Virus genome (UHGV): UHGV-1963645
DNA length: 64,000 nucleotides
Reading direction: 5' to 3' (one strand)
From: a virus
Below are positions 1 through 10,222 of the stretch, one piece after another; within the stretch, counting starts at the first letter, position 1; each line of letters starts with the position of its first letter. The translations under genes were made by a program, and so were the position numbers. The notes beneath the pieces were generated by a model. The model made no database searches. It was not told where the DNA came from and worked only from the letters and a program-made list of their open reading frames with translations.

Positions 1-150
<150 letters not shown>

Positions 151-237
151 TCATGAGGTGATTTCAGGGATGAAACGAGTGAATATCGATAGCATTCTGA
201 ATGTTCTTACAAGTTTGGTGAAAAAGGGAGGCGGGAA

Positions 238-681
238 ATGATTGGCTGGGGTGTATGCGTTCTTGCGTTAGCCTTAGCCGATCGCTATTTGCTAAAACGC
301 AAGGACATCACGCATTTAGAACTTGGTGATGTGGAAATTAAACCGGGTTTCATCCGGGTGCCGTTCAAATACCGGTCTAAATTCCCGTTTTTGCGCGGCG
401 CAACGGTCAGATATTGGATCCGCGATGTTCAGAAGCCGACGACAGTGATTGAAGGCGAACAACGTTGTTTGACGTCGGCTGAACAGGGCGAAAACAGTGA
501 ATGGTTGTACATACCCACTGAATATATGGGTAAAGGAGAGCGACTGTGGCATTTCAACGTCATGGTTACGCATGGCGACTCGTTCATTAACCCGTTGTAT
601 CGGATTTTCCCTGTTACTCAGCAAATCCGCAGAAGTTACGTAATAAATCTCGCACAGGATGTGTCAGATGACGAAAAATAA
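238..681 (+). CDS. hypothetical protein at the start of the dar operon region; N-terminal hydrophobic segment
   Basis: ORF with AAGGGAGG Shine-Dalgarno 8 nt upstream of ATG; start overlaps stop of a small upstream ORF (ATGA); no recognisable domain. Confidence 0.5.
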   Translation: MIGWGVCVLALALADRYLLKRKDITHLELGDVEIKPGFIRVPFKYRSKFPFLRGATVRYWIRDVQKPTTVIEGEQRCLTSAEQGENSEWLYIPTEYMGKGERLWHFNVMVTHGDSFINPLYRIFPVTQQIRRSYVINLAQDVSDDEK

Positions 682-1270
682 GTATGCAACGGTCGATTTT
701 GACCAGGTTAATGAAAAGGGGCTGAAATCCCTTATCGCGGCGATCAATAAAACCGGTGTTACGGTAATTGAGGTTGACTCCAGCAACCGCGCAACAACGA
801 AAGATGGCGTTAAAGTTAAAACCGCAAAGCTGGTTCTTAACGATGGACAAATTCTTGCCATACAGGTAAACGATACTGGCGATATATCGTCTGTGAAGCT
901 GAATGGAAAAGCTATTCCTAACGCTCAGTCGCCGGATATCAAGACGCTTGGTACCGTCATGGGGCAAGCGGCCCGCAAAAACTCCGCAAAATTCCAGAAA
1001 TCACTGATCGCCAAAGCGAAACGTGTTGCCAATCCGGTAGACAAGAAACCGGCAGTAAAATCCAACTTTCAGCGCCTGCAAGAGGCAAAACAGCGGAATG
1101 TTCAGGTGGTTGCCGCTTATAAATCAGCGCAGAACTCGGTGTCTTTCAATCAACAGCAGATCACTGATTTGCGGGCGAAGCTGGATAAGGAGACAGGCCG
1201 ACTCAATAACGAAAAGGCCCGAAATGGCGAACTCAAACGCCGTCTTAAGCAACTGAAAGCAGGAAATTAA
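659..1270 (+). CDS. hdf: Hdf-like protein (homologue of a DarA fragment)
   Basis: Shares KNSAKFQ-containing segment with DarA in this window; sits directly upstream of darA as in P1; start could be the ATG at 668. Confidence 0.6.
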   Translation: MCQMTKNKYATVDFDQVNEKGLKSLIAAINKTGVTVIEVDSSNRATTKDGVKVKTAKLVLNDGQILAIQVNDTGDISSVKLNGKAIPNAQSPDIKTLGTVMGQAARKNSAKFQKSLIAKAKRVANPVDKKPAVKSNFQRLQEAKQRNVQVVAAYKSAQNSVSFNQQQITDLRAKLDKETGRLNNEKARNGELKRRLKQLKAGN

Positions 1271-1271
1271 C

Positions 1272-3191
1272 ATGGAACAGTTCAATATCAATAAAGGGGT
1301 GACGATCAAACCTGGGCTTGACGCGCTTCCCCCGCCAGTGACTGATGATGAATATCGCGCATTAATGGCCGGTGAGGACCGCTATCTGATGACGGAATCC
1401 AACACCCTGGAGGAAATCGAGGCTACGTTCTTCTATGACACGCCGATCCACTGGTGTGCTACGGATTTACTGGAGGCGATTAGTTCTACTCGTTTGCAGT
1501 TACACCGGACCATGCAGGCATTTGTCCGGGCATTGAACCAGAAGCTGAATGGTACCGGAATCTCTGCGGGGAGTGATAAAACGGGCGATGTGGCCCAGAG
1601 CGGCGCGCGCGCGATCGGCGGCGCTGAAATTGGTCGGGCACGTAACGTTAACGGGCTGCCGGTCCTGCCAGCCATTATTCCGCTCAGTGATGGTCAGACT
1701 ATCAGCATTCTGTTTCATAGCCCGACAGCGGAAAACCGGATCACCAATAGCGATACGCTGGTTGCTTTCCAGTTCTTACTGAATAAAAAAGACGTTACTC
1801 ACACCGTTGCTCCGATGAGTGGACGTGATATGACGCTGGCGCAGGTCACCATGAAACTTGCCAACCTTGCAGAGAAAAACTCGGCAAAATTCCAGCGTGC
1901 GCAGAAGAAGAAAAAAGCCCTTGTTGATGAAATAACCCAACTACAGGCTGACAGTGACCAGAAAGAGGATGCCATGAGCGACCTCGCGGATCAGGTGGCA
2001 GCGGTAGAAGGGCAGAAGGCAGATCTGGAGCAGAAAATTAACGCTGTTGCATCGGAAGCGGATTCTCTTTATGAAGAGAATGAGCGTTTGCAGACGGAGA
2101 TTGATCAGCTCAATCGCACTGGTGGGCGCGATACCATTGCTCCTGCGGGGATGACTGGTGGGTACTCTCGCGCGCTGACGGATCGCCTTGCCAGTATCAA
2201 AAATCGTATGCATATGAACGGGGAAGTGACGCTCAGTAATGGTGCATCAATGAAGCAATTCATTGAGGACGGCGAAGGGTATATCCAGTTAACCGATTCG
2301 GATGGCAGCGTGTACATGATCAAGGCTAAATCCATACAGGGTGTGGACATGGCAGATGCGATCGGCAAGCTGTTTAAAGCCTATAAAGCGGGTAATGTAT
2401 CGGAATATCTGGTCCAACCAGAAGAACATAAACCGGAAAACGTCGAACCTGAACCAGCGGAGGATACCGGTAGCTCTTCGCCTGAACCAGAAGTCTCTGT
2501 AGGTGCATATCGATATGCCCTGCAAATGCGTCCGGCGGCCCCTGGCGCAATACCTGAAGGTAACAAAGCAATTCTGCCGCGCCCTGATGAAGGTGACCCG
2601 TATTATGAATATGCACGCTACGGCATTGTTACTTACGATACCCCGCTTTCTGATCAGCAAATGAGTGAGTACGACCTGAAGTTATTGCCTCGCGAGGATT
2701 CTTTCGACTTCCTGGCGAAGACACTTACTAATGGTCCGTTTGGCAAATATGCACAAAAAGCTCTGGAGCTGGCCACCAGCTCACCAGACGAGTTCCGCGT
2801 AATGCTGAAAACTCAGTTTCAAAAAACTTTCCCCAATATTGCGTTTCCTGGGGGCGCTGGCATCGAGAAAATGGTGCAGAGCATGATCAATGCATTGCAG
2901 GCCGAAGTCGGTGAGATTACTCAACCAGAACCGGTCCCGGCACAGCCTGATGAAACGGTTAGCGAAGCAGATGCAGAGGCTAATAAAGCCATTGAATATC
3001 TCAATAGCGTGATGGATATGCAAAGCACTGACATGGCGGAGATCCGTAACGCCCGGGGCAATGTCCGGGAAGCGATTGCTGCCCTTCAGGCTGCCGGACG
3101 TTTTGAGGAAAACGAAGAGCTGGTTAACGGTGCTGCTCGCCACCTGGCTGATCTGCTGGTAGCAATCCAGAAAGCGGGGGTAGCGGCATGA
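1272..3191 (+). CDS. darA: DarA, capsid-internal anti-restriction protein precursor
   Basis: 639 aa, same length as P1 DarA; position between hdf and ddrA; coiled-coil central region. Confidence 0.8.
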   Translation: MEQFNINKGVTIKPGLDALPPPVTDDEYRALMAGEDRYLMTESNTLEEIEATFFYDTPIHWCATDLLEAISSTRLQLHRTMQAFVRALNQKLNGTGISAGSDKTGDVAQSGARAIGGAEIGRARNVNGLPVLPAIIPLSDGQTISILFHSPTAENRITNSDTLVAFQFLLNKKDVTHTVAPMSGRDMTLAQVTMKLANLAEKNSAKFQRAQKKKKALVDEITQLQADSDQKEDAMSDLADQVAAVEGQKADLEQKINAVASEADSLYEENERLQTEIDQLNRTGGRDTIAPAGMTGGYSRALTDRLASIKNRMHMNGEVTLSNGASMKQFIEDGEGYIQLTDSDGSVYMIKAKSIQGVDMADAIGKLFKAYKAGNVSEYLVQPEEHKPENVEPEPAEDTGSSSPEPEVSVGAYRYALQMRPAAPGAIPEGNKAILPRPDEGDPYYEYARYGIVTYDTPLSDQQMSEYDLKLLPREDSFDFLAKTLTNGPFGKYAQKALELATSSPDEFRVMLKTQFQKTFPNIAFPGGAGIEKMVQSMINALQAEVGEITQPEPVPAQPDETVSEADAEANKAIEYLNSVMDMQSTDMAEIRNARGNVREAIAALQAAGRFEENEELVNGAARHLADLLVAIQKAGVAA

Positions 3192-3553
3192 CACTATCAG
3201 CTATTGAGTTAATGGACCTCAGCGATAAGTTGGATGCTCTGATGTCCAAAGCGGCTACCGCGAGTGGCATGGAGTTGCTGGATATCAGCGATGAAATTGA
3301 CCAGATCATGCAACAGATGGGGTACGGCGCGTCCGGCGGCAGTAGTGGCGAGGAAAAACAACCTTCGGTACATGATGGTGTGCCAAAACTGGTTGCTGAT
3401 TTCCTGGCTGATAAATTCGTCGATCAGAGCACTGATGCATTTATCGGTACGTTACAGGACTTGAGTCAATATGTTGGCACATACATCGACCTGGACCAGG
3501 TTAAACAGCACACGGCGGCATGGATAGCCGCCAACATTAAAGAGGCAGCGTGA
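3188..3553 (+). CDS. ddrA: DdrA-like small protein of the darA operon
   Basis: 121 aa ORF overlapping darA stop (coupled); assigned by synteny; its 3' end abuts the tnpB element. Confidence 0.55.
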   Translation: MTLSAIELMDLSDKLDALMSKAATASGMELLDISDEIDQIMQQMGYGASGGSSGEEKQPSVHDGVPKLVADFLADKFVDQSTDAFIGTLQDLSQYVGTYIDLDQVKQHTAAWIAANIKEAA

Positions 3554-3555
3554 CA

Positions 3556-4895
3556 TCCTCCACGCCCCGAAGGGCGTGGATTCCTGCTACGTTCAGGCTG
3601 TCGCCTGAATCATTTCGGTGGGTTCCTGCTTCAACGGGCGGCCTGACTGCACCATCCCTCCACAGGCAAGTACGGCGTGCCCCGCCGCTAAAATGTTACG
3701 AGCGCCGTTTACATCGGCGTTCGCTGTATATCCACATACCTGGCATCTGAATTTACTTTGTGACAGGCGATTTTCTTTCGCTGTATGACCACAGCACGCG
3801 CAACGCTGGCTTGTGTACGCTGGCGGAACAGCAAGCACCTGACCGCCACGCCAGAGCTGCTTGTACTCAAGCTGGCGGCGCATTTCATACCAGCCCTGAT
3901 CCAGTATCGAACGGTTTAAACCTGATTTTGCCCGGACATTGCGACCCGGATGACTTATCGTTCCCGCCGCTGACTTTGACATGTATTTAACCTTCAAATC
4001 CTCAATGACAATCATTGCGTGGTTTTTGCTGACGGTCGTTGTGACTTTGTGAAGGTAGTCCCTGCGGATATTTGCGATACGGGAATGCAGTCGCTGTATT
4101 TTGCGTTTCTGCTTCTGCCAGTTGTTGCTGAATTTGACCTTGCGGCTTAACTGTCGCTGAAGTCTCGCCAGCTTCTTCTGGTTTTTCTGAAAACTATTTA
4201 CAGGTTCAAAGACTGTGCCATCTGACAGCGTGGCGAGTTTAGCCACGCCAGCATCCAGTCCGACCATTGATGCTGAAGGGTGAACAGGAGTGGATACCTC
4301 TCTTTCTGTCTGAATACTGATGTACCACTTACCGCAGGACTGGCTGACAGTAACATTTTTCACAATACCCGTGACCTGACGGCTATTCCGGTAGCGCATC
4401 CAGCCAAGTTTCGGCAGAAAAATACGGCTGTTTTCCTGATCGAGCTTAACACCCTGCGGGTAGCGGAATGCATCATTCTGTCCCCGCTTTTTGAATCGGG
4501 GAAAAGCTGCCCGATTCTGGAAGAAGTTTTTGTAAGCCCGCTCAAGGTCTTTCAGTGACTGTTGCAATGGCTGTGAGGGAGAATCTTTAAGCCATTCGGT
4601 TTCAGTGTCTTTTTTCCACTCAACCAACCAGGAAGCCATTTTCGTGTAAGGGATGTATTTTTTACCGGCCTCATGATTCTCATTCTGAAGCGCCAGAGCA
4701 CGGTTGAAAACGAAACGACAAGCTCCGGCAAAGCGCCTCATTTGACGCTCCTGTTGACCATCTGGTTTTAACCGGAATTTGAATGACACCTGTTGTTTCA
4801 TGTCACTATTTTAAGCAAAAATAGCCGGGAGGAAAACTGTGCCTTATATCCCCACTATGAGGAGCGTAGGGGGCGGCACATTGGATAAGGCGTAA
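3556..4895 (-). mobile_element. IS200/IS605-family insertion carrying tnpB only (IS1341-like); boundaries approximate
   Basis: Solo tnpB antisense between ddrA and ddrB; subterminal hairpin CCACGCCC-CGAA-GGGCGTGG at about 3567-3588 just past the tnpB stop; no tnpA nearby. Confidence 0.45.
3593..4801 (-). CDS. tnpB: TnpB (RuvC-like, OMEGA-type RNA-guided nuclease family)
   Basis: 402 aa; RuvC-I GLDAG, RuvC-II IEDL, zinc finger CACCGH...CQVCG, Ruv[14 protein letters not shown] all present. Confidence 0.9.
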   Translation of the reverse strand: MKQQVSFKFRLKPDGQQERQMRRFAGACRFVFNRALALQNENHEAGKKYIPYTKMASWLVEWKKDTETEWLKDSPSQPLQQSLKDLERAYKNFFQNRAAFPRFKKRGQNDAFRYPQGVKLDQENSRIFLPKLGWMRYRNSRQVTGIVKNVTVSQSCGKWYISIQTEREVSTPVHPSASMVGLDAGVAKLATLSDGTVFEPVNSFQKNQKKLARLQRQLSRKVKFSNNWQKQKRKIQRLHSRIANIRRDYLHKVTTTVSKNHAMIVIEDLKVKYMSKSAAGTISHPGRNVRAKSGLNRSILDQGWYEMRRQLEYKQLWRGGQVLAVPPAYTSQRCACCGHTAKENRLSQSKFRCQVCGYTANADVNGARNILAAGHAVLACGGMVQSGRPLKQEPTEMIQATA

Positions 4896-4900
4896 CAGGG

Positions 4901-7888
4901 ATGAGCTTAAGCGATCAGGTGGTAATGGCCACCAGCATAGAAACGCTGATCGAGCTGCTAAAGAACCTGCCCGATTATGGGCGGGTTTCGTATGTGGTGA
5001 CAGCGAAGGGAGACGAGGTAAAAACAGCGTTTGATATCGTCGATGCCTCAGCTCTTTTGGTATCCAATACTCTGGATGGGAAAATTAATCCTGACTATCC
5101 CCAGGAACTTCAACCGCGCGACCGGACCCGCGCATCCAGCCTTCTTCAGGTTAACCAGATATCCAAGGATTTGCGGCCTGCTCAGCTTACCGATTCCGGT
5201 CTATCCAGCCATGGCGCGCCGATAATTGGTGAGGACAATGCCGTTGAGTCAGGTAATGGACGGACCATGGGGATCATTAAAGCCTATCAGGACGGCAATG
5301 CGGATCGGTATCGTGAGTACCTGATTGATCATGCGACCGAATTCGGCATACGACCTGAAAAGGTTGAATCAATGACGGCTCCGGTACTGGTGCGCCGCCG
5401 GTTAACTAAGGTTGACCGCGTTCAGTTTGCCAAGGACTCAAATATTTCTGATCTTCAGGAAATGGCAGCCAGTGAAAAGGCTTTTGTTGATGCCGACAGC
5501 ATAACACCGGCGATGATGGCGCTTTTTAACCCGTCAGAAAGCGGAGATCTGCTTAGCCGCAGTAATGACACGTTTATTCGCGGATTTATGACGCAAGTTG
5601 GTGCCACACAGGCGGCTGGCCTTGTAACTGAAGATGGGCGACCAACACGGCAACTTGTAGACCGTATACAAAACGCGATCTTTGCCAAGGCATATAAGGA
5701 TGCGCGCCTGGTAAGGATGGTTGCAGAAGAACCTGATCCGGATATGCGTAATGTTCTGACGGCGCTTAATGCGGCAGCCAATGATTTTGTCCAGATGCAG
5801 GCTTTGTCAGGAGAAGCGCACAAGCAGGCTGTGACAACTATTGTTGATGGCATTGAGACAGCGGATAGCCTCGATAAAAAGGCGCTGGCGGCATTGAAAG
5901 ATGCGGTAGACCTGGTAAGGCAATCGAAGGAGTTAGGCCAGCATATTACCGATGTTATTGCTCAGGGGGATATGTTCAGCGAAACGGCCCCGGAAGTGAA
6001 AGCACTCGCGTTGTTCATCGTCGCGAATAACCGTAGCGCGAAGCGTATGGCCACCGCCTTTAAGTTGATGGCGCAACGTATCAATGATGAGTTACAGCAC
6101 CAGGGCCAGGCGCTCGGGGATATGTTTGGCGGCGGCGATGTGTCGTTACAGGATATCCTTCGCCAGGTGTCTCAGGAACTGGAAAACGAAGGCATGCAAG
6201 GGATATCCGGCGGTCTTTTCGAGTCCGTTTCCGGCGGTAGTTACAACGGTGTTGCTCCGTATACCAGTTTGCTATTACATCGGGCATCCGGCATCAAAGA
6301 CATTATTCATCTGATCAGGCTGCTTTCCCGCACAGATCCCCAGGATGAACAGCTTGTACAAGTGCTTGCGCATTTTGTTCGAATGCCTGTTGCCGACGTG
6401 AATAAATGGTGCCGATTATTCGGTATCAGCAATTCGTTACTTCGCGGATTGTTAAATCACGCATCCTCCCTTGGGCGCGACGGCTTTGATGAGATAGCGC
6501 AGGCGATACAAAACGGAGATATGCCACCAGCTATTGACTGGTTTTCCATTCGCCCAACCAGGGTGAAAGCATTCCTTAGCGCGGCGCATTCGGCATCACC
6601 ATTGGCAGAAATGGTTCAGAGGTTGTCGCTCATATTCACAGACCATACCGCGTTGGGTGATCTGACTCTGGACGAGATGAAAGAAGCCTCCATTCAGTGG
6701 GCCGATCAACAAAATGAGGTTAACTCAGACTTCTTGCCAGCATTCAGGAAGGCCGTTAGTAAAGCGGATGATTCCCGTGGAATTCTGAAGGCATTTAAGG
6801 CATTGCAAAGTCGGGTTAATAAACATGTCGGAGATATCGATGGGGTAACGGCGGAAGGCAGGGATATCCTTAAAGAGCACGGCATAACGCCAGAGTTTAT
6901 TGATGAGATCAGGACGGATATGCAGCGTGAGGTCGTATCGTCCCTGCAAATTGTAGCCAGAGCGTTGGCGGATGCTAATCCGAAGAGTGCGGCCATTGTT
7001 AACCGGGTTATTGGTGATATTGAAGCATCGGAGGGCATGGGGGCGCTGAAACTCTTCCTTTCGCGAGCGTTTAATCCTAACGGCAATATTCTCCCTGGCA
7101 TTATTGGTGAGGCTAAAAAGTATGTCAGTGAAGAAGAACTTGAGCAGCTTGACCAACTACTTAAGCGATTCTCATATAACCCGCAGACACGCTGGCAAAT
7201 GAATCAGCGAAGTATGGGTTCGGTCCACGAGAAAGTGTTATCTGCCATGAACAGTGCGATCGCAAACTCATCCGTATCTGAAGAAAAAGCTCTTGAGTGG
7301 GCCGACTCTTTTATCACAGAAGAAGTGGAAGAAGCCCGCGCTGGACAGAATGGTGGGATAGACCTGCGCAAGGAACTTGCTGATATTTATCGCCTGACCG
7401 GCGGGGAAATATCGACCTTATCAAAGGTAGTTCACCACCAGGGAAGGGCATATGCAAATCTAAATGGTGTTGTTGCTGTCAATTTGAACGATGAAAATGC
7501 AAGTGCACTGTGGCACGAGCTGGGTCATCATCTTGAGTACAGTAACCCCGGTTTGTTAGAGAAAGCCCGGTCATTCCTGAAGGCCAATGTTGAAGGGGAT
7601 AAGCCATCTTTCGTCAATATCGGTGGGCGTGGCAAGCCTGAATGGTGCTTCAGATCTCGATTGAGTAATATTTATATGGCGAAGGTATACCCGCCAGCCT
7701 CAGTAAGTAACACCGGGAAAATTCGGCAGAAATCACCGACTATTTCCAAAACGTCAGCAACGGAAGTATTCTCTATGGCTCTTCAGTTGTATCATGACAA
7801 AGAGGCCGCTGCCGCATCACTGATGAATGGTGACGGATTGCTGGAACTGTTATTAGGTGTGGCAAAGGAGCTAAATAATGCAGATTAA
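4901..7888 (+). CDS. ddrB: DdrB-like large anti-restriction-operon protein
   Basis: 995 aa ORF downstream of darA/ddrA; assigned by synteny and size. Confidence 0.65.
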   Translation: MSLSDQVVMATSIETLIELLKNLPDYGRVSYVVTAKGDEVKTAFDIVDASALLVSNTLDGKINPDYPQELQPRDRTRASSLLQVNQISKDLRPAQLTDSGLSSHGAPIIGEDNAVESGNGRTMGIIKAYQDGNADRYREYLIDHATEFGIRPEKVESMTAPVLVRRRLTKVDRVQFAKDSNISDLQEMAASEKAFVDADSITPAMMALFNPSESGDLLSRSNDTFIRGFMTQVGATQAAGLVTEDGRPTRQLVDRIQNAIFAKAYKDARLVRMVAEEPDPDMRNVLTALNAAANDFVQMQALSGEAHKQAVTTIVDGIETADSLDKKALAALKDAVDLVRQSKELGQHITDVIAQGDMFSETAPEVKALALFIVANNRSAKRMATAFKLMAQRINDELQHQGQALGDMFGGGDVSLQDILRQVSQELENEGMQGISGGLFESVSGGSYNGVAPYTSLLLHRASGIKDIIHLIRLLSRTDPQDEQLVQVLAHFVRMPVADVNKWCRLFGISNSLLRGLLNHASSLGRDGFDEIAQAIQNGDMPPAIDWFSIRPTRVKAFLSAAHSASPLAEMVQRLSLIFTDHTALGDLTLDEMKEASIQWADQQNEVNSDFLPAFRKAVSKADDSRGILKAFKALQSRVNKHVGDIDGVTAEGRDILKEHGITPEFIDEIRTDMQREVVSSLQIVARALADANPKSAAIVNRVIGDIEASEGMGALKLFLSRAFNPNGNILPGIIGEAKKYVSEEELEQLDQLLKRFSYNPQTRWQMNQRSMGSVHEKVLSAMNSAIANSSVSEEKALEWADSFITEEVEEARAGQNGGIDLRKELADIYRLTGGEISTLSKVVHHQGRAYANLNGVVAVNLNDENASALWHELGHHLEYSNPGLLEKARSFLKANVEGDKPSFVNIGGRGKPEWCFRSRLSNIYMAKVYPPASVSNTGKIRQKSPTISKTSATEVFSMALQLYHDKEAAAASLMNGDGLLELLLGVAKELNNAD

Positions 7889-8189
7889 AATCGCAGCGCC
7901 ATTAGGCGGAGATGCCATTATCGAATTTGATGATAATGAAGAAGTTTCCGGGCGTTTAAGCATTATCTCCGGTGACATTACCGAGGACATGATCGCTGAA
8001 GCCATAGCTGGGGCAAATCCCAATAGCTATATGGGATTCGTTAACACCCTTGATGCTCCCGCAAGTGATGTTCTCCGAACGCTGCATCTTTACGCTGGCT
8101 GGTTTGTTGATTGGCCAGCAGTAGATGGTGGCGATGAGGACGACGACGACGATGATTTTGGTGATCATGTAGACCAGATCGTATATTGA
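7878..8189 (+). CDS. hypothetical protein with poly-acidic C-terminal tail
   Basis: AAGGAG SD before ATG; overlaps ddrB stop; C-terminus DGGDEDDDDDDFGDH. Confidence 0.5.
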   Translation: MQIKIAAPLGGDAIIEFDDNEEVSGRLSIISGDITEDMIAEAIAGANPNSYMGFVNTLDAPASDVLRTLHLYAGWFVDWPAVDGGDEDDDDDDFGDHVDQIVY

Positions 8190-8192
8190 AGA

Positions 8193-8217
8193 AATCCCGC
8201 CAATCGGCGGGATTTTT
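8193..8217. terminator. bidirectional rho-independent terminator between convergent operons
   Basis: AATCCCGCC-AATC-GGCGGGATT hairpin followed by TTTTT. Confidence 0.6.
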
Positions 8218-8220
8218 ACC

Positions 8221-9315
8221 TCACGAGAAGCTTTTTTCTGATGTCAGCCAACAGTGCTCGTGCAAATCTCTTGGTGGTTTTTCGACAAATGCCTCTTCAG
8301 CCACATCCTGCCAGGGGATTTGTTTAGCCCATTCAGTTATAGCGTTATGGTTTGCCGAGAATAACGGTATTGTATAGGCCTTCAGCCAGTCTAATGTGCT
8401 GGAGTTGTGTTTTTGAGCGTGATGTTTCGCATGGTGTTTGGCGATCACGATCGTAGGCACTACCCATTTACTACCGTCAGTCATTGTGAAGTGCATATTA
8501 CGGGGAACAGATGACTTTTCCATCAACTCCCGAATCCCGGGGAATTTCCCCAAGATCAATCGGCGATATTCATCGCTATTGCGCCCACCAAACTCTTTGG
8601 CTTTGAATTCAAGATATGCTTCAGAAACGAGAGGTGAATCCTCTGTGTTTAGAGTTATCGCCGTGAAAAAACCAGCAGGATTGTTTTTACTATGGGCCAA
8701 CCGGTGATGCGAATCATAAAAGTACCCTTTCTCGCGTTCCGATGGTTTCGACAGCAACAGCAGGCGCGAGTCATAATTGGTTAAATTGCCAGTTATCACT
8801 GCATGAGCGCGATCGCTGATTTCCGCCGAGTTAATAACGATGAAAAGATCGTGCGGTCCAGTAAAACCAGCCAGAGACTCTTCGTTATTCAGACAATAGG
8901 TTATATAGACGCATCCCCATGTTTCACTGATATGCACCAACCCTTTGTCAGGGTGTATTCTGAAATAATTGCCAAGAAAAGGGTGTTTTTGGGTAACTCG
9001 CTCCCAATAACGGAACATATAGTCAATTATTGTTTTTCGACTATCGTTAATAGCAGGAGAAACAACCACTGTACGGGAACACGAATACAGTATTGTTTGC
9101 AGGATGCTAATCACTGCCACAATAGAGGTTTCCCCAATACCATGTGGTGTGGTGGCAGTGACTTTGGCTCCGGTGTTCTTTATCGCGTTAATAATTTTTG
9201 CTTGATGAGGTGTTAACTCAATATCAAGCAACTCTTTCGCTGCCAGTTCCCAATTGTCTTTATACTGTTCTATCAGTGCTAACCAGGCAGATTCATTCTG
9301 TATACGATTAATCAC
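8221..9315 (-). CDS. terminase large subunit (PacB) N-terminal ATPase-domain paralogue with degenerate Walker A/B
   Basis: 364 aa; clear alignment to PacB of this window over about 250 aa; Walker A GHGTGKS becomes PHGIGETS, Walker B IIDEA becomes VINSA; lacks C-terminal nuclease region; GTG start overlapping upstream stop. Confidence 0.75.
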   Translation of the reverse strand: MINRIQNESAWLALIEQYKDNWELAAKELLDIELTPHQAKIINAIKNTGAKVTATTPHGIGETSIVAVISILQTILYSCSRTVVVSPAINDSRKTIIDYMFRYWERVTQKHPFLGNYFRIHPDKGLVHISETWGCVYITYCLNNEESLAGFTGPHDLFIVINSAEISDRAHAVITGNLTNYDSRLLLLSKPSEREKGYFYDSHHRLAHSKNNPAGFFTAITLNTEDSPLVSEAYLEFKAKEFGGRNSDEYRRLILGKFPGIRELMEKSSVPRNMHFTMTDGSKWVVPTIVIAKHHAKHHAQKHNSSTLDWLKAYTIPLFSANHNAITEWAKQIPWQDVAEEAFVEKPPRDLHEHCWLTSEKSFS

Positions 9316-10222
9316 TTTCCACCTCTTCCGTGGTGTTTTCTCGCAGTTCTGTTAATGCAGCACGACACAGGTTCCGGGCTTTGGCTATAGCCACACTTTT
9401 TACCTCATCCGTCATTGTGCAGGTAATGTACTGATCGAGTTCTTCAGCTCGGATGATGCTTTTCCCTATCATAAACTCTATTTGCCAGAGCAGATCGGCA
9501 TCCATCGCCAGTATTTCAGCCTGGCCTTCTGGGCCTGCGGGGAAGCAAACATAAGACTGTTTGCCCAGGCCGATAACTCGACAACTTGCTTCAAGAATTG
9601 CACGCTTGAGGTCTGACTTTGTAACTGAAACAGGTTGATTTTCACCTGTGATTACGCCGTTGACATGGACGTGGAAGGGCATGTAGCTTGAAATTCGCTC
9701 TACTTTCCATACGCCAGCAAGCGATCCTTCATGCAGCACGATGGGGGTAACCGCGAGTTTCATCTCACCATATAACTGCTGGCAGATAACTGGATTACTG
9801 AATACATCCAGAGGTTCACACTCAAACAGCGGCGCAATCTGCATGAGGTCCATCATGGTCATACCAGGGGTACGAGCAGTAATGAATTTGCGCATACCAG
9901 TATCCATTGCGCTCCAGATTGCTACACCATGCTTTTTGCTCACTTCTTCAGTAAAGCCAAGGTGGCACATGATGGTTTTTTCGATAGCCAGATCGGAGAT
10001 AGAAACCTTTTCGCCAGGTACACCATCATTATTGATGGTCACTTCGACACTCTGGCCATTACGCAGGCGGTATTGAATTGCTTTAGTATTTTGTGCTGCC
10101 ATAGTCTTTTCTCTGCTTAAAAACTGATGTATTGCGCCTTCAGGTGGGTCAGGAATGTTTTCCCACCAGCGAAAGCAATATCTCGGGGTGTTCTTTTCGT
10201 GAAAAGCGCGTTCCATTGCCAA
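9308..10222 (-). CDS. hypothetical protein, coupled upstream partner of the PacB-like gene
   Basis: 304-aa ORF (track start is TTG); alternative ATG starts at 10216 and 10102; no recognisable domain. Confidence 0.5.
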   Translation of the reverse strand: MAMERAFHEKNTPRYCFRWWENIPDPPEGAIHQFLSREKTMAAQNTKAIQYRLRNGQSVEVTINNDGVPGEKVSISDLAIEKTIMCHLGFTEEVSKKHGVAIWSAMDTGMRKFITARTPGMTMMDLMQIAPLFECEPLDVFSNPVICQQLYGEMKLAVTPIVLHEGSLAGVWKVERISSYMPFHVHVNGVITGENQPVSVTKSDLKRAILEASCRVIGLGKQSYVCFPAGPEGQAEILAMDADLLWQIEFMIGKSIIRAEELDQYITCTMTDEVKSVAIAKARNLCRAALTELRENTTEEVESD

